Shown one piece after another: positions 37,399 through 47,744 of a DNA stretch of 64,000 bases. Positions within the stretch are counted from its first letter, which is position 1, and the number at the start of each line of letters is the position of its first letter. The DNA comes from Myxococcales bacterium (GTDB lineage: Bacteria; Myxococcota_A; Polyangia; Palsa-1104; JAEUJZ01): contig JAEUKB010000025.1 of the NCBI GenBank assembly GCA_016794365.1, positions 244,693 through 308,692 on the forward strand, written 5' to 3'. The position numbers and the translations under genes are program-made. Below the pieces are notes generated by a model. The model had not been told where the DNA came from. It ran no database searches and saw nothing but the letters and a program-made list of their open reading frames with translations.

Positions 37399-38753
37399 GT
37401 CAGCATTCCGCGTAGGGGGTTGGATGTCTCGGCGCCGTTGAAGCCAAAGCTGGTCACTGGAAGTCCCAGCGCTTGCAGCGCAGTCAGCTGGGCTTTGCAC
37501 AGATTTCCGCCCGGTTCGCGCAGGTGAATGCCGGACTTTAGCCGTCCACAGCCGCCACCTGCCAGCAGGATCGGGTGTTCCTTTTCACCGTGCTGCCAGC
37601 CTTCTCCGTATTCGCTGGTGGCGTAGATGACGGCGCGCGAAAGCAGCGATTTTCCCGACGGTGAAGTGACTTTGGAAAATGCATCCAGAAACAGCGCGAA
37701 CGCTTCCATTTGGTACAGCGTGATTTTGCGGATGTTCTCCCAGTTCCCATCGTGACAGACCTTGTGCATGTCGTCTCCCACACCGAGGTTGGAAAAGACA
37801 TGGGTTGTCGCGGGAGAGGTCAGCATGAAGGAAAACGCGCGCGTCAGACCACAGTTGACCGCAATCGCCAGCAGCTCTGCCATCTGCGTGGTCTTTTTGT
37901 GGAGATCTGTTTCATCGCGCGGGCGGCCCGGCATCTTGCACGCTCCGGCGGTCATTTGCAGTCGGCGCTGAATCTCTGCAAGCTGTTCCAAGTGCGCTTC
38001 CAGCCGCATCGCATCGCGCGTTCCCAGCTGTCCCTTGAGCTGCTTGGCATCCGCGAGCACAGCATCCAGCGCTTTGGCTCTGCGTCCCAGCTCGGGCGAC
38101 TCTCCCGGTATGGAAAAGAGCTGATCGTACAGCTCTGCGGGACTCTGGATTGGCGGATTCACAGAGTCTGGACCGTTATAGGAGATCGCGTTCCAGTGTC
38201 CGTAGTCATGAAAGCGCGAGCGGCTCACTCCCACATGAAGGGAACGAAAGCGCGGCGCGGACGAGTAGAACTTCGGATGCTTGGCCACCACCTGATCAAG
38301 CGAGGGTCGCAGCGCAGTCAGCGTGTGCGTGGGATGATCGAAGCCTTCGGGACGTGGCCGATCGCCGGTCATCGCAACCATGAAGCCGCGCATGTGTCCA
38401 TCGCTCTGTCCGGGCGGAGCGGAAGGAATCTCTGTCTTGGGTTCCAGTCCAGTGGCAACACAGACTTTGTGTCGTTCCAGCGGCTTTAGGAGTGGACTGT
38501 ATCCAAACCCTTCTCCAACCTGCGACGGAGTCCACAGATCTTGACCGACTCCTTGCATGCCTCCGTGCTTGCCATTCCAGGGCAGTCCGTTGGCCCAGAA
38601 AAACAGTCCGAAGAACGGATCCTCTGGCATTCCGTCCGCGTACGCACCGTTGCCATCGAACATGGCTTCCAGCGGCGGTAGCGCCAACGACACCGCGAGG
38701 CCATACGCCGTACCCCGCAAAAAGCTTCGACGAGACAGTTGCATGCGCTTCAC
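37395..38753 (-). CDS. DUF1552-family Tat-secreted protein
   Basis: Tat signal SRRSFLRGTAYGLAV. The DUF1552/DUF1592 pairing with the next gene is a known co-occurring pair in Planctomycetes, Acidobacteria and Myxococcota. Confidence 0.55.
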   Translation of the reverse strand: MKRMQLSRRSFLRGTAYGLAVSLALPPLEAMFDGNGAYADGMPEDPFFGLFFWANGLPWNGKHGGMQGVGQDLWTPSQVGEGFGYSPLLKPLERHKVCVATGLEPKTEIPSAPPGQSDGHMRGFMVAMTGDRPRPEGFDHPTHTLTALRPSLDQVVAKHPKFYSSAPRFRSLHVGVSRSRFHDYGHWNAISYNGPDSVNPPIQSPAELYDQLFSIPGESPELGRRAKALDAVLADAKQLKGQLGTRDAMRLEAHLEQLAEIQRRLQMTAGACKMPGRPRDETDLHKKTTQMAELLAIAVNCGLTRAFSFMLTSPATTHVFSNLGVGDDMHKVCHDGNWENIRKITLYQMEAFALFLDAFSKVTSPSGKSLLSRAVIYATSEYGEGWQHGEKEHPILLAGGGCGRLKSGIHLREPGGNLCKAQLTALQALGLPVTSFGFNGAETSNPLRGMLT

Positions 38754-40384
38754 GGCATCACCTCACTAGACGCGGCAGTTCGGAATCCTTCACTCTTGAC
38801 CAACTCGACGAGCAGCTCACGGAACTGATAGCCCGATTCCGCAAAGCGCTCTGTAAGTGCGGACAGCACCGCTTCGTCTCCTTGTCCATCCAGTCGCGCG
38901 CTGGCATGACGGAATACTTGTTTGACCAGACAGCTTCCGACGCGCGGATCAAAGGCCAGCCGCGCTGCCAGATCGCGTGAGTCTGACATCGACTCTCCTT
39001 CAATCACGGCATCTGTCTGTAACGGAGCCCCATCGATGTTGGTACGGAACTGACCGATGGCATCGAAGTGCTCGAAGAGGAATCCGGGCGGATCCATCAG
39101 TGCATGACAGCTATAACAAGCGGGATTTTTGCGGTGCTCTTCCAGTCGCTCACGCAGGCTCTTGGGCATGCTTCCCATGTTGTCAGCAAGCGCTGGAACA
39201 TTGGGCGGAGCAGGCGGCACCACCAAGCACAGCACGCGCTCTCGCAGATACTTTCCGCGTCGCGTGGGCGAGGTATCGGTCGGATGCGCATTCATCGTCA
39301 GGATGGCACCAAAGGACAGGACTCCGGCGCGCTCTCCTTGAGGGGGAAGGTTCACTGCCGCGAACGCCACTTCGCTGGCATCGGGCGCATCGACTTGATA
39401 CAGCTTCGCCAGCTCTTTGTTTACAAAGGTGCGACGGGTGGAAAAGATGCCGCGAATGTCAGTTTCCCGACGGAACACAAAGTCATCAACCAAGAGCTGA
39501 ACTTCCGTTCGCATCGCACTGATCAGGGACTTGGTATAGGCCGGATAGAGCTTCGGATCGCGCTCCACATGCGACAGCGCGCTTAGCTCGAAGTACTGAT
39601 CGAAGAAGCTCTGCACCGCTTCGCGTGCGCGCGAAGATCCCAGCATTCGTCGTGCTTGTGTCTCTAGGCTCTGGGAATCGAGCAATTCTCCGCGCTCTGC
39701 CGCTGCCAGCAGCTCTTCATCGGGAACGGTGTTCCACAGCAGAAAGGACAGCCGCGAGGCCATCTCATAGGAGTCGTAGCGCCGACGAGAAGCTGGCTTT
39801 TCGGGGTCGGGTTCACCCACGTCCATGCGATACAGAAAGCGCGGCGACTGAAGCATTCCGTACACGACCAGACGCAGCCCGCGATAGACATCACCTTCAG
39901 CAGTATCACGGACAACAGAGAGCCAGCGATCGACATCCGCTTGCGCAAGGGGACGACGAAACAGCTGCCGACCGAGCTTGCGTACAAAGCCACTTACGCA
40001 GTCATCGCTGACGGTCTTGGGAGCGCAGCCGATCAGCGCATCGCGGCGCTTGGTGTCCGAAAAGATCGCAGAAGAGATCTGCGCAGCGGACTCTGCATAC
40101 TGCTGCGTTCCTTGCTCCGAAAGCTGCGTTGTTGCGGCCCCGATCGAATGGAACAGATAGGGATTGGTATCGGGCTCCAGCGCGGTCTGCGGTAGGCCTT
40201 GGCCCAGCACATCGGCGATGGCGTTGCGGTACTGCGTGGTCGTCAGCCTCGGCATCGTGGGTGCCGACGGCTCAAATGGCGCCGTCGCTTGCGGCTGCCC
40301 CTGCTCCGTAGGCTTGCAGTGAAGGGATGAAAGCGGCAGAGCCGCACAGACCAACCAGAGCGCTCGCTTCATGATGCGCAACAT
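38750..40384 (-). CDS. DUF1592/DUF1588/DUF1585-family protein with haem-binding CxxCH motif (partner of DUF1552)
   Basis: Signal peptide and CYSCHALMDPPGFLFEHFDAIG (a CxxCH haem-binding motif). 544 aa. Confidence 0.55.
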   Translation of the reverse strand: MLRIMKRALWLVCAALPLSSLHCKPTEQGQPQATAPFEPSAPTMPRLTTTQYRNAIADVLGQGLPQTALEPDTNPYLFHSIGAATTQLSEQGTQQYAESAAQISSAIFSDTKRRDALIGCAPKTVSDDCVSGFVRKLGRQLFRRPLAQADVDRWLSVVRDTAEGDVYRGLRLVVYGMLQSPRFLYRMDVGEPDPEKPASRRRYDSYEMASRLSFLLWNTVPDEELLAAAERGELLDSQSLETQARRMLGSSRAREAVQSFFDQYFELSALSHVERDPKLYPAYTKSLISAMRTEVQLLVDDFVFRRETDIRGIFSTRRTFVNKELAKLYQVDAPDASEVAFAAVNLPPQGERAGVLSFGAILTMNAHPTDTSPTRRGKYLRERVLCLVVPPAPPNVPALADNMGSMPKSLRERLEEHRKNPACYSCHALMDPPGFLFEHFDAIGQFRTNIDGAPLQTDAVIEGESMSDSRDLAARLAFDPRVGSCLVKQVFRHASARLDGQGDEAVLSALTERFAESGYQFRELLVELVKSEGFRTAASSEVMP

Positions 40385-40572
40385 ATCGAAAAGACACGCG
40401 CTGGCTAGTCCTTATCAATTCGGAATCGTACAGATTGATTTTGTGGAGCGTGGACGAACCGGGATGTTCCGCCCATGATCGAGGATGCAGATCCGCTGAA
40501 GATGCAGATCCGCTTTCGTGCGCTCGCGCGCAGCGTCAACCGAGCGCTACATCACCATTGGAGGGAGCTTAC

Positions 40573-41205
40573 ATGGTCTCACACAAGCTTACTGTGCTAT
40601 CGGGAACGGCAGGAACGGCAGGAACGGCAGGAACGGCAGCAATGGATCGTCGGAGCGTGCTCAAAGTCGGACTGGGAGTCCTGGGTGGACTGACCGCTTC
40701 GGGACTTGCCCTTTCGCTGTCTGGCTGTGGCGCGCTGCGCTTTGACATCAACCAGCCGATCGCTGAACAGAAGATCACTGGAAACATCTTGGCCGGAGCG
40801 CTCGGAGTCTTTCTTCCGACTCCGTTTGCGCTGACCGTGAACTTGGATCAGGAAACCAAAGCGCGAGGAACCGGACCCGCGCAGTCTGCCGGACTTGTCG
40901 CGCTGTCGTTTCAGCTGACCAGGCTTCCGAATCCGCCGCGCAGCACAGACAACTTCGACTTTGTCGATCGCATCGAGATCTTTGTCGAGAGCACCAAGTC
41001 CGGCACTGCGCTGGCGAAACAGAAAGTCGCGGATCTGATTCCGGTTCCCAAAGGACAGACCAAGATCGAGCTGCAGTGCTATCCGAGCGTGGATCTGGTT
41101 CCGTACATCAATGAAGGTGCGCGGATCTCATCCAACGCGTCGGGACGTGTGCCTTCAAACGACATGACATTCGATGGTCTGGTGACGATCGAAGTTCGGG
41201 TTTGA
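40573..41205 (+). CDS. Tat/Sec lipoprotein of unknown function (candidate immunity protein)
   Basis: GGAGGG SD upstream, MDRRSVLKVGLGVLGGL, lipobox LSLSGCGA, (GTA)4 encoded by a 9-bp x4 repeat, about 210 aa, beta-rich. Confidence 0.5.
   Translation: MVSHKLTVLSGTAGTAGTAGTAAMDRRSVLKVGLGVLGGLTASGLALSLSGCGALRFDINQPIAEQKITGNILAGALGVFLPTPFALTVNLDQETKARGTGPAQSAGLVALSFQLTRLPNPPRSTDNFDFVDRIEIFVESTKSGTALAKQKVADLIPVPKGQTKIELQCYPSVDLVPYINEGARISSNASGRVPSNDMTFDGLVTIEVRV
40603..40638. repeat. 9-bp x4 tandem repeat ggaacggca
   Basis: Direct reading of the sequence. Encodes GTAGTAGTAGTA in the lipoprotein N-terminus. Confidence 0.9.
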
Positions 41206-41282
41206 TGTTCACTTGTTTCGCACCTTTAGCGTGTGTGCTGCCGAAAACTCCGTGAAGACCGCGATCAAACGGAGATCGTTCG

Positions 41283-42449
41283 ATGCAGCTACTGAACAAG
41301 CTAAAAAACGCTCTGCATCCGCAGCAAAACAAGAAACCAGAGACGGACGTAGGACACATCCAGCATCCGGTGGCGCAGCCTGTCACCAAGCAAAGTAGTG
41401 CTGGAGTGACCTCGAAAGCGGCCAATCAGGAAGCCGCAAAGGTACTCGATCACTACGCAGATGCAAAGAGTCCCGCCGTCGCTGCCAAGAAAGAACCACC
41501 CAAGCCGGAAGGACTGTATCCGGGGGTTACAGATTTGACGGGAACGTACGGAAATCTGGCAGCCGGAAAGCGCGCAGAGACAAACGGAGTGGTTCTGCAT
41601 CGTACAGATACCTCTACTGCGAAAGGCGCGCTCAATGCCTACAACGAGCGCATCAAAAAGGGAGAGCACGTTGGCGCGCAGTATCTGATCGATGAAGCAG
41701 GAAAGACGGATCTGATCGCGCCTGCGGATTCCTTGATGTACCACGCCAAGGGATTCAATAGCTCTGCCCTTGGGATCGAAGTCGTCGGAGACGGAGTCCA
41801 CTTGGACCGAACCGCAAAGGACAAGTCGCTGCGTCAGCAAGTGACAGATCTAAACTTGTCCCCGGAATTTGAAGCACGACTGCTTGGTTATTCTGACAAG
41901 CAGCTAAACAACGTCGTGAAGTGGAACGGCGACACGATCTACGAAGACATCAGTGGCAAGCAGAAGCGATCGGTGTGGAACCTGACCAATCAGCTTGCAC
42001 AGACATACAACCTGGATATGTCGTCGCTGTCGCAGCATGGCAAAGATGAATCGGGTAGCAACAACTACACGCCGCAGACCATGCCGGACTTCTCTGCACA
42101 CGAGCACATCAATCCCAAAGCGCTCGGGGAAGGAGAGGCGATGACAGAGTTTTTGGCAGCGCGACAGCAGTATCCCCACATGATCGATGCGGCGGCTGCG
42201 CAGATCGAAAAAATGAAAGCTGCGGGCGCAAAGCCGGAAGAATTGCAGCAGAAGATGGCCATCCTACAGCGCGAACAGGAAACGCTGGGAGCCCTAAATC
42301 TCGACGGAAATCAGCAAGAGCAAGCGCTGCTTGAAGCGGAGCGAAAGTCAGGAAAGCCAGGCGATGCCACGCATCGGGAACAGCTGCGAACAGAGTACTA
42401 TGATGACTTCTATGATCGCATCGCAGAGCTGAAGGGAATCACCAAGTAG
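41283..42449 (+). CDS. N-acetylmuramoyl-L-alanine amidase-like (Amidase_2/PGRP fold) protein without signal peptide; candidate peptidoglycan-targeting effector
   Basis: NGVVLHRTDTS and MYHAKGFNSSALGIEVVGDG match the Amidase_2 Zn-ligand regions. The N-terminus is hydrophilic. An extra ~200-aa C-terminal domain of unknown function follows. Confidence 0.55.
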   Translation: MQLLNKLKNALHPQQNKKPETDVGHIQHPVAQPVTKQSSAGVTSKAANQEAAKVLDHYADAKSPAVAAKKEPPKPEGLYPGVTDLTGTYGNLAAGKRAETNGVVLHRTDTSTAKGALNAYNERIKKGEHVGAQYLIDEAGKTDLIAPADSLMYHAKGFNSSALGIEVVGDGVHLDRTAKDKSLRQQVTDLNLSPEFEARLLGYSDKQLNNVVKWNGDTIYEDISGKQKRSVWNLTNQLAQTYNLDMSSLSQHGKDESGSNNYTPQTMPDFSAHEHINPKALGEGEAMTEFLAARQQYPHMIDAAAAQIEKMKAAGAKPEELQQKMAILQREQETLGALNLDGNQQEQALLEAERKSGKPGDATHREQLRTEYYDDFYDRIAELKGITK

Positions 42450-42482
42450 GCTGCGTGAGGAAGTGTTGGAGTCTTTCTGGGA

Positions 42483-45400
42483 ATGTTAGATCGAGAACGG
42501 GAAGATGCTCTGCTTGCGCGAGCGGTAGCCAGTGGGCTGCTGTCCGCTGCGGATCTATCGCAGTCCCTAGAAAGTGATCTTCCGACGCTGTCGCAACCAG
42601 AAGAGGCGCAAGGGAGTCCTTCTGTATCCGGTTTGGCAACGCTGCGCTTTGGTCCTCGTCTTCATCGTCTGATTCAGCAAGGCAAGCTGTCTACCGAACA
42701 GATCGATCGACTGAATGCAGAGCTGGCTGCGCTGGATCGGACCTTGGATGGCAGTGCGCTCTCTGCTTCTCCGCATCCGGTTCGGGTGTCTGTGAAGCGT
42801 CCCGATTGGCTGGATGGCTGGCCACAGTACGAAGTGATCGAGCAGATCGGCCAAGGGGGAATGGGAACGGTCTATCGAGGCAGAGATCTCCGTCTGTCGC
42901 GAGAAGTTGCACTGAAGTTCATCAGCGTGACAGACGAGCAGCTCCGGAAGCGATTCCTTACCGAAGCGCGAGCGCAGGCACGACTAAACCACGAACACAT
43001 CTGCAAGGTCTTTGAAGTCGGTGAGGTCAGCGGGCATCCCTACATCGCGATGGAGCTGGTCAAAGGGAGTCCTCTTTCGCAGCTTCATCCGCAGCTCAAT
43101 CGGGAACAGAAGCTGACCTTGATGCGAGACATCGCGCTCGCGATTCATACCGCGCACAGCCAGGGAATCATCCACCGGGACATGAAGCCTTCCAATGTCA
43201 TGGTGGAAAGTCAGGAAGACGGTCGGTTGCGACCTGTGGTGATGGACTTTGGACTGGCGCGCGATCAGCGCAGCGAGGAACACCTCACCATGACGGGAAT
43301 GGTGATGGGAACTCCTGCATATATGTCGCCAGAGCAGGCGGCAGGAGAAGTGGCGCGGATTGATCGGCGCAGTGATGTCTACAGCTTGGGAGCGATGCTG
43401 TACGAGCTTTTGTCTGGACAGCTTCCGTTTGCTGGATCGACGACCGTTGCGATGATTCTGCAAGTGCTTCAGACCGATCCAGCTCCGCTGCGGAAAGTGA
43501 ATGCAGAGCTTCCGCTGGATCTGGAAACGATGGTCTCGAAGGCCATGGCGAAAGAGCCACATCGTCGCTACGAAACGGCAAAGGCACTGGCAGAAGATCT
43601 GGATCGATTCCTAAACGGAGAGCCGATTCTGGCGCGCAAGGCATCGATCTTGTATGTCGCGTATCGTCGCGCGCAGAAACACAAAGCACTGGTTTCGATC
43701 TCGGCGTTCGGCATCCTGACCGTGATGGTTCTATTGACGCTGTTTGTGCGCGGTCGGATGCTGGCTGCGCGTGATCGTGCGCGAGCAGAGCAAGCAGCGC
43801 AGCTATCGCAGCAGCTTGGTCAGGACATCACGCAGATGGAGCTGTTTATGCGTGCGGCGTATCTGCTTCCGGCGCATGACATCTCGCGTGAGCGTGCGGT
43901 GATTCGGAATCGGGTGGCGCAGCTGGCTACGCAGCTTCAGACCCTGGATCAGGATCTGCGCGGACCGGCTCACTATGCGCTTGGTCGGGGCCACTTGGTG
44001 TTAGAAGAATTCGAGCTTGCGCGGAGCCAGCTTGAGGCTGCGCTGCGTCTGAAATACGATCGACCAGAGGTCCATTATGCGCTCGGTTATGCGCTGGGAC
44101 AGCTCTATCAAGTGCGGCTGCAAAAGAACAAGCAAGAGTACGATCCTGCGGTGCGAACAGAGCGACGCAAACAGATCGATGCAGAGCTGCTGATTCCTAC
44201 GCGCGAGCACCTGGCACAGAGTCGAACTGCGCGACTGGATTCCAACTTTCTCGCAGAAGGATGGCTGTTTTATTATCAAGGAGAGCTGGACAAAGCGCGC
44301 AATGCGGCCCGGTCTGCGCTGGCCCAGTCGCCTTGGGATTATCAGCCGCTACAGATCCTCTTGTCCGTCGAGATTCAGGAGTTTGTAAGCTTTTACTTTC
44401 AAGGGAAGCGCACGCAGACAGAGCAGGCCGCACAGCGCGTACAAGAGAGCATTTTGCGGCTGAAAGAGACAGCGCGGAGTCTTCCCTTTGTCTATTCCAT
44501 TCAGTCCCTGTTCTATCGAGAGCGCGTGTTTCAGGATCTGTTTGAACATCGTCCACTTGATCAGAGCCTACAGCTGATGTTGACAGCCAGCAGAGAACAG
44601 GAAGTGGTGACTCCCTTCGAGCTGGACATTCTGATCGATCGCGCAGTGGGATACAGCTATTTGGCGCGACAGAAGCAAGAGCTGGGACAAGATCCTCGTC
44701 CTGCTGTTCGCGAGGCGGAAGCGATTCTGGCTGCGCGCGAAAAGCGAGGCGCTACGTCATCCATGGTGAGCCTGCTGCGCAACAACTTCCAGCTCACGCT
44801 GGCAGCCTATGCAGAACAGATCGGAGACGATCCGCGTCCGTATCTGCGTAAGGCTGCGGTGATCTTGGAAGACACGATACGCAGCAGTCCTCCGTCCTTT
44901 GTGATGTGGAATGATCTGTGCGCAACCCAGTGTGAGCTGGGACGACAGCAGACCTTGTTTGGGGAAGACAGCAGTGAGCATCTGTCACGCGCAAAACAAG
45001 CGTGTGCGCGCACCATCTCCCTTACGCCGCAGTATTACATTGGCTATCAGAATCAGACCTGTGTTCTGCTGGAAGAAGCCAAGGCAAGCTTGCGTATCGG
45101 TCAGCCGATGGATCTCTCTGCTGCACAGCAGTCTCTGACGCTGAGTCTGGCGCGCAAGCCCGACGACTCTGCATCGCTGGTGCAGGAAGTGGATCTACAT
45201 CTTTTGTCCGCGCGGATGCTGCACTTGCAAAAGCAGAGTCCCCATCCTGCGCTGACACAAGCGAAGCAGAGTGTGCAGAAGCTACGGTCACTGCATCCTT
45301 CGCTGGCTTCGATTCCGCTTCTGAATGCGATGCTCCTGCGTGCGCAAGTTGAGCTGTCTGTGGACTCTGTTTCCGATGCAGAGATCGCGCAGGGTCTGGC

Positions 45401-45632
45401 TGATCTCACGGCTGCGATTCAGCGTCAGCCGCATGAGGCTACGCTGCGCTTTGCCAAAGCATGTATTTTGCTTGCGCGCAGCCTGGCCGGTCGCAGTCCC
45501 AATCGCAGCGCAGATCTGCAAGCGGCGCAGACACTCTTGATCGATGTACGATCCGTCCTTGGCAAGCAAGCAGAGTATGCGCGGACTTGGTCGCTCCTTA
45601 CCACGTTGCGGCTGCCTGGAAAGAAGCCGTAG
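42483..45632 (+). CDS. Ser/Thr protein kinase with TM segment and long TPR/helical-repeat C-terminal region (1049 aa)
   Basis: GQGGMGTVYRG, ALKFI, HRDMKPSNVMV, DFGLAR, GTPAYMSPEQ, TM ALVSISAFGILTVMVLLTLFV, then ~600 aa of TPR-like helical repeats. Confidence 0.85.
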   Translation: MLDREREDALLARAVASGLLSAADLSQSLESDLPTLSQPEEAQGSPSVSGLATLRFGPRLHRLIQQGKLSTEQIDRLNAELAALDRTLDGSALSASPHPVRVSVKRPDWLDGWPQYEVIEQIGQGGMGTVYRGRDLRLSREVALKFISVTDEQLRKRFLTEARAQARLNHEHICKVFEVGEVSGHPYIAMELVKGSPLSQLHPQLNREQKLTLMRDIALAIHTAHSQGIIHRDMKPSNVMVESQEDGRLRPVVMDFGLARDQRSEEHLTMTGMVMGTPAYMSPEQAAGEVARIDRRSDVYSLGAMLYELLSGQLPFAGSTTVAMILQVLQTDPAPLRKVNAELPLDLETMVSKAMAKEPHRRYETAKALAEDLDRFLNGEPILARKASILYVAYRRAQKHKALVSISAFGILTVMVLLTLFVRGRMLAARDRARAEQAAQLSQQLGQDITQMELFMRAAYLLPAHDISRERAVIRNRVAQLATQLQTLDQDLRGPAHYALGRGHLVLEEFELARSQLEAALRLKYDRPEVHYALGYALGQLYQVRLQKNKQEYDPAVRTERRKQIDAELLIPTREHLAQSRTARLDSNFLAEGWLFYYQGELDKARNAARSALAQSPWDYQPLQILLSVEIQEFVSFYFQGKRTQTEQAAQRVQESILRLKETARSLPFVYSIQSLFYRERVFQDLFEHRPLDQSLQLMLTASREQEVVTPFELDILIDRAVGYSYLARQKQELGQDPRPAVREAEAILAAREKRGATSSMVSLLRNNFQLTLAAYAEQIGDDPRPYLRKAAVILEDTIRSSPPSFVMWNDLCATQCELGRQQTLFGEDSSEHLSRAKQACARTISLTPQYYIGYQNQTCVLLEEAKASLRIGQPMDLSAAQQSLTLSLARKPDDSASLVQEVDLHLLSARMLHLQKQSPHPALTQAKQSVQKLRSLHPSLASIPLLNAMLLRAQVELSVDSVSDAEIAQGLADLTAAIQRQPHEATLRFAKACILLARSLAGRSPNRSADLQAAQTLLIDVRSVLGKQAEYARTWSLLTTLRLPGKKP

Positions 45633-45662
45633 TGAAGTTAGCAGTGGGATTCCGCGTGCAGG

Positions 45663-46172
45663 ATGATTAGGATGCAGCGCATGTCTGTGAAGCTTCTGCT
45701 GACTCCGCGATCGCGTCGTGAATCGATGACAGAAATGACAGAGTACGTGTTGCCGCAGCATGCCAATGCGCTCGGAAACGTCTTCGGTGGTCAGATCATG
45801 GCTTGGGTGGATCTGTGTGCTGCGATCACCGCGCAGAGACATGCTGGACATATGGCTGTGACTGCGTTTGTGGATGATCTGATGTTTGAAAATCCGGTCA
45901 AAGTGGGGGAAGTCGTACACCTGCGCGCGCAGCTGACTGCGACGTTCCGAACCTCGATGGAAATTGAGGTCACAGTGAGCGGAGAAGATCTCTCGACCCG
46001 TCGTCGCTGGCCCTGTGTTCATGCCTATCTGACGTTTGTCTGTATTGATGAGGATCGGAAGCCGATTCCGGTGACTCCGCTGCTGCTGGAATCGGATGAG
46101 GTGCGCGCATCGCAGTTGCTGGGGGAAGAGCGTCGCGCCCATCGCTTGAAGCGGAGTCGTCCTCCCTCGTAA
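45663..46172 (+). CDS. Acyl-CoA thioesterase (hotdog fold, YciA-like)
   Basis: YVLPQHANALGNVFGGQIMAWVDLCAAI is the hotdog thioesterase active-site region. Confidence 0.7.
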   Translation: MIRMQRMSVKLLLTPRSRRESMTEMTEYVLPQHANALGNVFGGQIMAWVDLCAAITAQRHAGHMAVTAFVDDLMFENPVKVGEVVHLRAQLTATFRTSMEIEVTVSGEDLSTRRRWPCVHAYLTFVCIDEDRKPIPVTPLLLESDEVRASQLLGEERRAHRLKRSRPPS

Positions 46173-46181
46173 TGTGAGGGA

Positions 46182-46616
46182 CTACGTACCTGCGGTACAG
46201 CCGGTTTCATCCATGCTCGGATCCATCCACGCCGGTTCCCAGTGGTGTCCGTCCAGATCGTAGAAGCTCCATCCGAACATGACGCCGTGATCTTTGGCGC
46301 TCTGCGCGGGTCTTCCGCCGTTTGCAAGCGCTGTTTCGACCACGCGCTTGACCTCTTCCTTGCTGCTACAGGAAAAGCACATCAGCGCTTCCGTGTGCGT
46401 CGTGGTGTCGCAGATTTTTTGCGCAGTGAAGGTCTGGAAAAACGGCTCCTCCAGCAGCATCACATACGTGGTGTCATTGATCTTCATGCAGGCCGCGACT
46501 TCATTGGTGAAGCGCGGATTGAACGTGAAGCCGAGCGCTGCGAAAAAGTCCATCGAGCGCTTCAGGTTGCGGACACTTAGATTTACATACAGCATGCGGG
46601 GGGCTTGGGTCGTCAT
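46182..46616 (-). CDS. VOC/glyoxalase-bleomycin-resistance family protein
   Basis: MLYVNLSVRNLKRSMDFFAALGFTF shows the characteristic N-terminal beta-alpha-beta unit. Confidence 0.65.
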   Translation of the reverse strand: MTTQAPRMLYVNLSVRNLKRSMDFFAALGFTFNPRFTNEVAACMKINDTTYVMLLEEPFFQTFTAQKICDTTTHTEALMCFSCSSKEEVKRVVETALANGGRPAQSAKDHGVMFGWSFYDLDGHHWEPAWMDPSMDETGCTAGT

Positions 46617-46740
46617 GGGACAGCGTCTCCTTTGTGAGTGTACGGTACAGATAGACTGCTGCTTCGCTGACAAGTCATCGGTCGCCGCCTAAAAAATTGC
46701 AAAAAAGCGACGTTTTCGACGGAAATAATCGATCAGCAGA

Positions 46741-47709
46741 TCAGGGTGAAGCCGCTTCCGCAGGCAGGTGAAGTGGCAAGCCAAAGCGTGGGAACAGCGC
46801 TTCCGTATTCAGAAACGAACACCAGTCCGCGATGTGATCCTGATCGATCGAGAGCACCACCAGCGCCCACGCAGCGTGTCCACCATCGGGACTGCGACGA
46901 TACTGACCGAACGCGGGGGAGCCACAGGCTGCCGTCGGAATCAGCCGAGAACCTTGACAGCCGATGCCGCGACCCGCAAGCCACAGCTTGACAGACTGCG
47001 GACCTTGCAGCCACAGCTCGTACGGAGGCATCGAGAACGTCACATCTTCTCTACACAGAGACGCGAGTGCATCGGTGTCGTAGCGATGAAATGCTTCTAC
47101 GTAGCGTGAAAGGAGTCGTGTTTGTTCGTCGCTGAGTGTGACAGACTGTGGCTCATCAAGCTGGGAGTGCTGCGCCAGGGTTGTGCGTGCGCGCTGGAGT
47201 GCGCTGTGAATCGCGGTCACTGTGGTATCCAGACAGTCTGCCACTTCAGAAACAGACAGTCCCACCACTTCGGTCAGGAGCAGTGCGGCTCTCTGTCTGG
47301 CGGGCAGGCGCTGAAGCGCTGTGACAAACGCAAGCCGGATGCTCTGCTTGTGAAGGACGTAGTCGGCAGGATCTGTGTTGGAAGGAAGTGCGAGTGCATC
47401 GGGAATCGGCTCGATCCAGTGTGTCTGCGGCTGTGCAGTCAGCTCATCGTGGACGGTTCCGGCGCGCTGCTGCTCGAACGGACGGAAGCGACGGCGAACG
47501 CTGCGAGCATCCAGACAGACATGCGTTGCGATGCGATACAGCCAGGTTCGCAGCGACGAACGACCATCGAATCCAGCCAGCGATCGCCACGCGCGAAGCA
47601 GCGTTTCCTGAACCGCATCTTCGGCCTCTGTGATCGATCCAAGCATGCGATAGCAGTGTCCGGTGAGCACGGTTCTGTGCGCTTCCAGTTGCTCCATGTC
47701 TTCTGTCAT
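46741..47709 (-). CDS. ECF sigma factor with C-terminal SnoaL-like extension (SigJ/ECF41-like)
   Basis: Region 2 [15 protein letters not shown], region 4 [31 protein letters not shown], and a ~100-aa C-terminal extension. Start taken at MTEDMEQ. Confidence 0.7.
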   Translation of the reverse strand: MTEDMEQLEAHRTVLTGHCYRMLGSITEAEDAVQETLLRAWRSLAGFDGRSSLRTWLYRIATHVCLDARSVRRRFRPFEQQRAGTVHDELTAQPQTHWIEPIPDALALPSNTDPADYVLHKQSIRLAFVTALQRLPARQRAALLLTEVVGLSVSEVADCLDTTVTAIHSALQRARTTLAQHSQLDEPQSVTLSDEQTRLLSRYVEAFHRYDTDALASLCREDVTFSMPPYELWLQGPQSVKLWLAGRGIGCQGSRLIPTAACGSPAFGQYRRSPDGGHAAWALVVLSIDQDHIADWCSFLNTEALFPRFGLPLHLPAEAASP

Positions 47710-47744
47710 TCCGGCACTGTATTCGCTTGGATGAAGCGCAGCAA

